The notes beneath the pieces are model-generated. The model worked only from the letters and a program-made list of their open reading frames with translations, was not told the origin of the DNA and made no database searches. DNA of 47,339 nucleotides from Candidatus Woesearchaeota archaeon. Lineage in GTDB: Archaea > Nanobdellota > Nanobdellia > Woesearchaeales > GW2011-AR4. Shown one piece after another: positions 42,512-47,339 of the stretch (positions are counted from its first letter, which is position 1; the number at the start of each line of letters is the position of its first letter). The position numbers were made by a program, and so were the translations under genes. The DNA lies in assembly GCA_016784195.1 (NCBI GenBank), contig JADHVE010000001.1:1-47339 (forward strand), written 5' to 3'.

Positions 42512-43780
42512 TTATTTTTCTTTTGTAATTTTCTTAATCCCGCCCATATAAGGAACTAAAACTTTAGGTATTTTAAGGCTACCATCTTCCTGCTGGTAAT
42601 TTTCAAAAATAGCTATCATCAGTCTTGGTAAGGCCAATCCAGAGCCATTAAGAGTATGGACTAAAGCATTGCCTTCGTTATCTCTAAACTTAGTATTCAT
42701 CCTTCTTGCCTGGAAATCAACGCAGTTAGACACAGAACTCGTTTCTAAATACCTGTCAGAAGCTGCAGCATAAATCTCAATATCATAAGTTTTTGCAGCA
42801 GCAAATCCCATATCTCCTCCGCATAGAATCAATGTTCTGTAGGGAATTTCCAGTAACTCCAGTAATTTTTCCGCCCTAGCCCTCATTCCCTCTAGCTCTT
42901 CAACAGAGTTCTCAGGCTCGCATACAGCCACCATCTCAACCTTGTCAAACTGGTGCAACCTGAAAATGCCTCTTGTCTCTTTGCCGTGCCTTCCTGCCTC
43001 TGTCCTGAAGCAAGGAGTATACGCACAATAATGTTTTGGCAGCTCTTCTTTACTTAAAACTTCTTCAGCATGCAGATTGGTCAAAGGAACTTCAGCCGTA
43101 GGTATAAGATAAAGTCCCTCCCTCGTCTTATACAAATCATTCTCAAATTTTGGCAGGTTTCCAGTCCCCATCATTGTTTTTTCATTTACAAGCTCAGGAG
43201 GAAATATCTCAACCCATCCATCCTTAGTATGAAAATCCAGCATAAAATTAATTAAAGCCCTCTCCAACCTAGCGCCTAAACCTTTAAAAACATAAAAACC
43301 AGAGCCGGCAAGTTTAGCAGCTCTAACTAAATCCAGAATATCTAAATCTTCTCCAACTTCAAAATGCAGCTTAGGCTTGAACTTAAACTTTGGCTTCTTA
43401 CCCCATTCTCTGACCTTTTTATTATCCTCTGGCTCTTTGCCTATAGGAACACTCTTATCAGGAAGATTTGGAATAACCAGCATTATATTCTTTATCTTAT
43501 TTTTTAACTCATTGACACTTGTTTCTATTTTCTCAATCTCAGCTGGAATCTTCTTTACTTCCTCTATCTTTTTGGAAATATCCTTACCTTCTTTCTTTAA
43601 TTTATTGATTTCCTTGCTAACAACATTTCTTTGGCAGTTCAGCTTTTCCAGTTCCTGCAGGTTCTTTCTGTATTCCTCGTCATATTTAATTAAAGCATCA
43701 ATATCAACATCATAGCCTCTGCCTTTAACAGCTTTTTTAACAATTTCAGCATTCTCTCTTATGAATTTTATATCAAGCAT
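42512..43780 (-). CDS. serS: Seryl-tRNA synthetase
   Basis: N-terminal coiled-coil arm. Class II motifs (FRTEAG, GIFRLHQFDKVE, LNGSGLALPR). Confidence 0.95.
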   Translation of the reverse strand: MLDIKFIRENAEIVKKAVKGRGYDVDIDALIKYDEEYRKNLQELEKLNCQRNVVSKEINKLKKEGKDISKKIEEVKKIPAEIEKIETSVNELKNKIKNIMLVIPNLPDKSVPIGKEPEDNKKVREWGKKPKFKFKPKLHFEVGEDLDILDLVRAAKLAGSGFYVFKGLGARLERALINFMLDFHTKDGWVEIFPPELVNEKTMMGTGNLPKFENDLYKTREGLYLIPTAEVPLTNLHAEEVLSKEELPKHYCAYTPCFRTEAGRHGKETRGIFRLHQFDKVEMVAVCEPENSVEELEGMRARAEKLLELLEIPYRTLILCGGDMGFAAAKTYDIEIYAAASDRYLETSSVSNCVDFQARRMNTKFRDNEGNALVHTLNGSGLALPRLMIAIFENYQQEDGSLKIPKVLVPYMGGIKKITKEK

Positions 43781-44247
43781 TTTAGAAAAGAGTTTATTTG
43801 GTTAAATAAAAAGTTTTCTGTTTCCTTAATTATTTTTTACCATTAATTTCAAACCAATGAGTTCTATTTCACTATAACCCTTATTAGGGGTTTTATTTTA
43901 TTTTGTTTTTAAAATATAATAATTATGAAAATTCCCTACTTTTTTCCGATAGAAAAATTTTCCGCTGTTATAAATTAAAAAGTAATTTACCTCCCTGAAA
44001 AAACTTGCTTTTTCTTTAACTTCTGTTCCAATATTGTAAATGTACAAATGAAAATAATTAATGGATTTTTGTCTTTACATTATTCTTCAAACAAAAATCC
44101 TGATTATTAATATTTTTATTAATGGCAATTTTTTATTGAATTAGTTTTATCAATCAATTTTTTAATGAGGAGTTATTAGCTTAATGACTGATTGGTAATT
44201 TTTATAATGGCTTAATAATCTGCTCAGTTAGCAGTGATTAGAAACAA

Positions 44248-46074
44248 TTAACACAATAACTTAACTCTCTTCCCGGTATTAGCAGCATTTAATATCTGCT
44301 TCCCAATATGATTGCTTTTCTTAACTTTTATGATTCCAGTCTTCCCTGCTTTTGCAGTCATCACAAACTCATCATCGATATAAACATTAACCTCCTTGTT
44401 CTGCATCTTAATGCCAAGCTCAAAAATTATTGAATTCTTTCTTATATCAGTTTCATAATGAATTTCTCTCTTATCTTCACTTTTTGCTCCTGAACTTAAT
44501 TCCTGGACATCAATGCTCATCCCAAGATCTTTTTCAATCAAACCTATATTTTTTCCTTGTTTTCCTATAATCTTTGCAATATCCCTTTCAGGGACATAGA
44601 CTACACATTTATTGTCTGATATAACATCCACCTCAATATTATCTGAATATTTGCCAAACTCTCTTTTTATGCTGCTAGCTGCAAGCTTATGGGCTCCAGT
44701 AGCTTTGCCTGTTTTTTGCACTGGAACAACAACTGTCTGATCACCGTAAGAATAGATTTCATACTCTGGTTTATTAGTTTCAAAATCATTCACAACAACA
44801 ATAGGCCTTGCCAAATCCGCTTCTGTCATTCCACTAGGAACCTTAACCGTCATCTTCAGGCTTAAAACCTTATTAATAAATCCATCTTTGATAAAAACAA
44901 CAGTATCCACCACCTGAGGAACAACCCCCATTTCAACCCTGCCAATAAACCTTTGTATAGCATCAATTGGATTAGTCGCATGCACAACACCAACCATGCC
45001 GACTCCCGCTAGCCTTAAGTCAGCAAACAGCTTAAAGTCATCAGTATTCCTCATCTCGTCAAAAATAGTATGGTCCGGCCTGGATAATAATAAAATATCA
45101 TGTATTTCTTGGGCATCTCCGTGGCTTATAGCATATTGTGTTATATTGTCTGGCAAAACCAAATCTCTCGGAGCTTCTACAGTCTTGACAACCTTTTTAT
45201 TTGAAGCATAATATTCTGCCAAGCCCTGCGCAAAAGTTGTTTTTCCCATTCCAGGGCTTCCAGCAACCAAAATGCCTTCTGCCTGATCCGCTAGCCTTTT
45301 CTTTAACTTCTCACTTAATTTATAATCCTCTAAATTTAATTTTTTTACAGGCCTAACAGCAGTGATCTCCCAACCATCACTAAAAGGAGGCTTTGTAATG
45401 ACAATCCTGTATTTGCCTAGCTGAACTATAGTACTTCCCTTTCTTTCTATCTCAATAAACCCGTCTCTCCTTAAATTCGTATCTTCAATTATCTCCCTGG
45501 AAATATCCTGTATCTCTTCCTGCTTTAAGATTCCCTTCCTTAATGCAACAAAATCCCACTTGCCGGGAACCCCCCTCTTCGCATAGGGCATGACATTTTC
45601 CCTTAAATGGACGCTCATTGTTTGATCGTCAAAAAATTTCTCTAGCTTGATTTTCTTGATAGCTTTTTCCTGCTTAATGTAAATTGACTTCATCCCTTTT
45701 GCTAACGCCACTTCACTTTGCACTTTATCTGAGGTTATCAAAGTAGCATCTTCATCCCACGCAAGCTGCCTGATTAATGAATCTATTTCACCTAGGGAAG
45801 CATGCCTTATCTCAGCTGCCTTTGGCTTTTCACCTTTAAAAGAAAAAACAAACTTGTTTTCTGAAAGATCTCTAATCCTTTTTATCTCATCCAGGCCTAA
45901 AAAGCCTATAGCTTTTCCAAGATTAGCCTGATGCTCGAGCTCGGAGATGACAGCTTCGTGAATTATCACTTCCTTCACTTTAAGCTCTTTGTTCCTCAGC
46001 TTGTCAGACAATAAACTCTCTATAATAATAGATGTATCTGGTACTAATTTTTCTATTTCTTCCATAATAAACAA
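44248..46074 (-). CDS. PIN-domain / P-loop ATPase / KH-domain protein (archaeal PINA / COG1855 type)
   Basis: N-terminal PIN (VPDTSIII), VAGSPGMGKTTFAQ Walker A, C-terminal KH (IIGKQGKNIGLIEKDLG). Confidence 0.85.
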   Translation of the reverse strand: MFIMEEIEKLVPDTSIIIESLLSDKLRNKELKVKEVIIHEAVISELEHQANLGKAIGFLGLDEIKRIRDLSENKFVFSFKGEKPKAAEIRHASLGEIDSLIRQLAWDEDATLITSDKVQSEVALAKGMKSIYIKQEKAIKKIKLEKFFDDQTMSVHLRENVMPYAKRGVPGKWDFVALRKGILKQEEIQDISREIIEDTNLRRDGFIEIERKGSTIVQLGKYRIVITKPPFSDGWEITAVRPVKKLNLEDYKLSEKLKKRLADQAEGILVAGSPGMGKTTFAQGLAEYYASNKKVVKTVEAPRDLVLPDNITQYAISHGDAQEIHDILLLSRPDHTIFDEMRNTDDFKLFADLRLAGVGMVGVVHATNPIDAIQRFIGRVEMGVVPQVVDTVVFIKDGFINKVLSLKMTVKVPSGMTEADLARPIVVVNDFETNKPEYEIYSYGDQTVVVPVQKTGKATGAHKLAASSIKREFGKYSDNIEVDVISDNKCVVYVPERDIAKIIGKQGKNIGLIEKDLGMSIDVQELSSGAKSEDKREIHYETDIRKNSIIFELGIKMQNKEVNVYIDDEFVMTAKAGKTGIIKVKKSNHIGKQILNAANTGKRVKLLC

Positions 46075-46116
46075 ATAATATTTTTCTATTTATAAAACTT
46101 GTTAATTTTTAATCTT

Positions 46117-46200
46117 TTCAATATAGAAAATATTCAAATTAAAGCTTGTTTTTTAATTTTCAATATTGAAAATTATTACATAATCTTCAATCAGAAAAAT
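46117..46200 (+). repeat. Three direct TTCAAT-N3-GAAAAT motifs upstream of the PIN-ATPase gene
   Basis: TTCAATATAGAAAAT (46117-46131), TTCAATATTGAAAAT (46159-46173, inside the perfect palindrome TTTTCAATATTGAAAA), TTCAATCAGAAAAAT (46186-46200). Each is preceded by TAAT(C)T. Confidence 0.55.
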
Positions 46201-46446
46201 TCAAGGAATTTTTTGTATAGAAATAAAATAGATTTTTTGAGGAAAAGTCCTCTAATATATTCATATGGTTCATTTCATTCAGTCTGTGTTTTCTAAACAA
46301 AAACGTCGCATAAAATCTGTTAGGAAGAAGTTTTTTTCTCACTTTTGTTATGCTTTAGCTTAAAGTTTTTTGTTATATAGGATCAAAGGCTTTCACTATT
46401 AGATGACTTTTTTCACCAAACCCCAGAATCAAAAAAAAATTTCCAC

Positions 46447-47339
46447 TCAACCATCAAACAAACCAGAAATAAATATCCCTAATTGGTTAAAAAATATCTG
46501 GACATGCTGCAACAGATTAACATTTACAAGCTCAACAGAAAACTCTTCTTCAGTTTTATATTCTCTGCCATTCTTGTCTTCATACCCGATTAAAATTCTG
46601 AAATCATTATTACCTACCTTTAAATTACCTGCCTGCAGATTTAAGACATACCTCCTGTTCTCAATCAGCTCATTCATTGTCCATTCCTTCTTAAAGCTGT
46701 TCTGCTCAAAAACAACCTCAATATCCGCAGCATTAGACATTGACTCCTTCTCTAAAACAAAAACAACCTCATACTTGTCATCAAAAGAAACATTTGGAGG
46801 AAACTCTAAGCCGTTAATCTTAACTTTAGGCTCGTCAAGAACATAAAAATTAAGATAATTAAACTTACTAACTTGCTTATTCCTTGCTTTAACCGGAATA
46901 TCTTTCTGCCCTGCCTTGGAGTAATTCACAGAAAAATTAATCTTCTTATCCTGCATAACCCCCAAATCAAATACCCTGCATTTATCTTCAAAACAAACCT
47001 CCAGATTATCTAAAAAAACATTTCCTATGTTCTTCAGGTAGCATCCTACCAAAGCATTTTCATAAACATAAAATTCCTTTTTGTCCATGCTGCAGTTTAA
47101 CTCTACATCTTTGGAATATCTTTTCTCTTCCTCTTCTTTTTTATCTTTTAGGATATTCTCTATCTCTTCCAGGGAAAAAACAATAGCCCTTTTTTCAGAA
47201 TTAAAGCTTGTAACAGATGTAGTATTTCTGGAAGAACTGACTATAAAAGGAAAAGTGTAAACATAATCCTTATTTAACTCCCCACTTACTTTAACAATCC
47301 AAAAAACATTTTTCTCTCCTTTAGGCTTCAGCAAAACAC
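46447..47339 (-). CDS. Hypothetical protein (5-prime partial, frame open to the window edge)
   Basis: The track start at 47334 is a TTG and the frame stays open upstream. Beta-rich repeats. Hydrophobic C-terminus VQIFFNQLGIFISGLF. Confidence 0.5.
   Translation of the reverse strand, partial: VLLKPKGEKNVFWIVKVSGELNKDYVYTFPFIVSSSRNTTSVTSFNSEKRAIVFSLEEIENILKDKKEEEEKRYSKDVELNCSMDKKEFYVYENALVGCYLKNIGNVFLDNLEVCFEDKCRVFDLGVMQDKKINFSVNYSKAGQKDIPVKARNKQVSKFNYLNFYVLDEPKVKINGLEFPPNVSFDDKYEVVFVLEKESMSNAADIEVVFEQNSFKKEWTMNELIENRRYVLNLQAGNLKVGNNDFRILIGYEDKNGREYKTEEEFSVELVNVNLLQHVQIFFNQLGIFISGLFDG

Noticed and set aside
43781-44247. Hairpin AACCC-ttatta-GGGTT plus a T-run as a plus-strand intrinsic terminator or small gene.
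   Set aside because: There is no plus-strand gene upstream to terminate. Only trivial ORFs are present. The region otherwise resembles the generic T-rich (sense A-rich) promoter spacers seen elsewhere in the window.

Overview
AT-rich, gene-dense archaeal chromosome segment. The archaeal assignment rests on Orc1/Cdc6, a GINS51-like subunit, deoxyhypusine synthase, the archaeal pantoate kinase / phosphopantothenate synthetase CoA route, a PIN-ATPase-KH protein, a Methanococcus-type S-layer protein, and strong GGAGGTG Shine-Dalgarno sites. A small-genome (DPANN-like) lineage is plausible but unproven. All protein calls come from motif recognition by eye, with no searches run.

Main blocks:
- GINS (partial), a radical SAM protein and the S-layer gene.
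- A seven-gene MoxR / DUF58 / BatA-like vWA membrane cluster.
- thrS, a frameshifted unknown gene, and a beta-propeller plus membrane-tethered ArsR pair.
- The panB-coaBC-PoK-PPS operon.
- An isolated convergent pair of ParB/Srx-fold proteins.
- A glycoside cluster: GT4 fusion, GH130, GpgS, MpgP-like phosphatase, GH15.
- Housekeeping genes: dys, tatD, tsaC, acyP, cdc6, ferredoxin, serS.

Observations outside the ORF track:
- A dispersed, structured intergenic repeat of about 150 nt (five copies plus one fragment), always in the same orientation relative to the downstream gene.
- Two conserved genes that appear to start at ATA behind a perfect SD.
- SD-preceded small ORFs, including one that overlaps the moxR start.
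- TTCAAT-N3-GAAAAT motif arrays on both sides of cdc6.

No rRNA, tRNA, CRISPR array or transposase was found.
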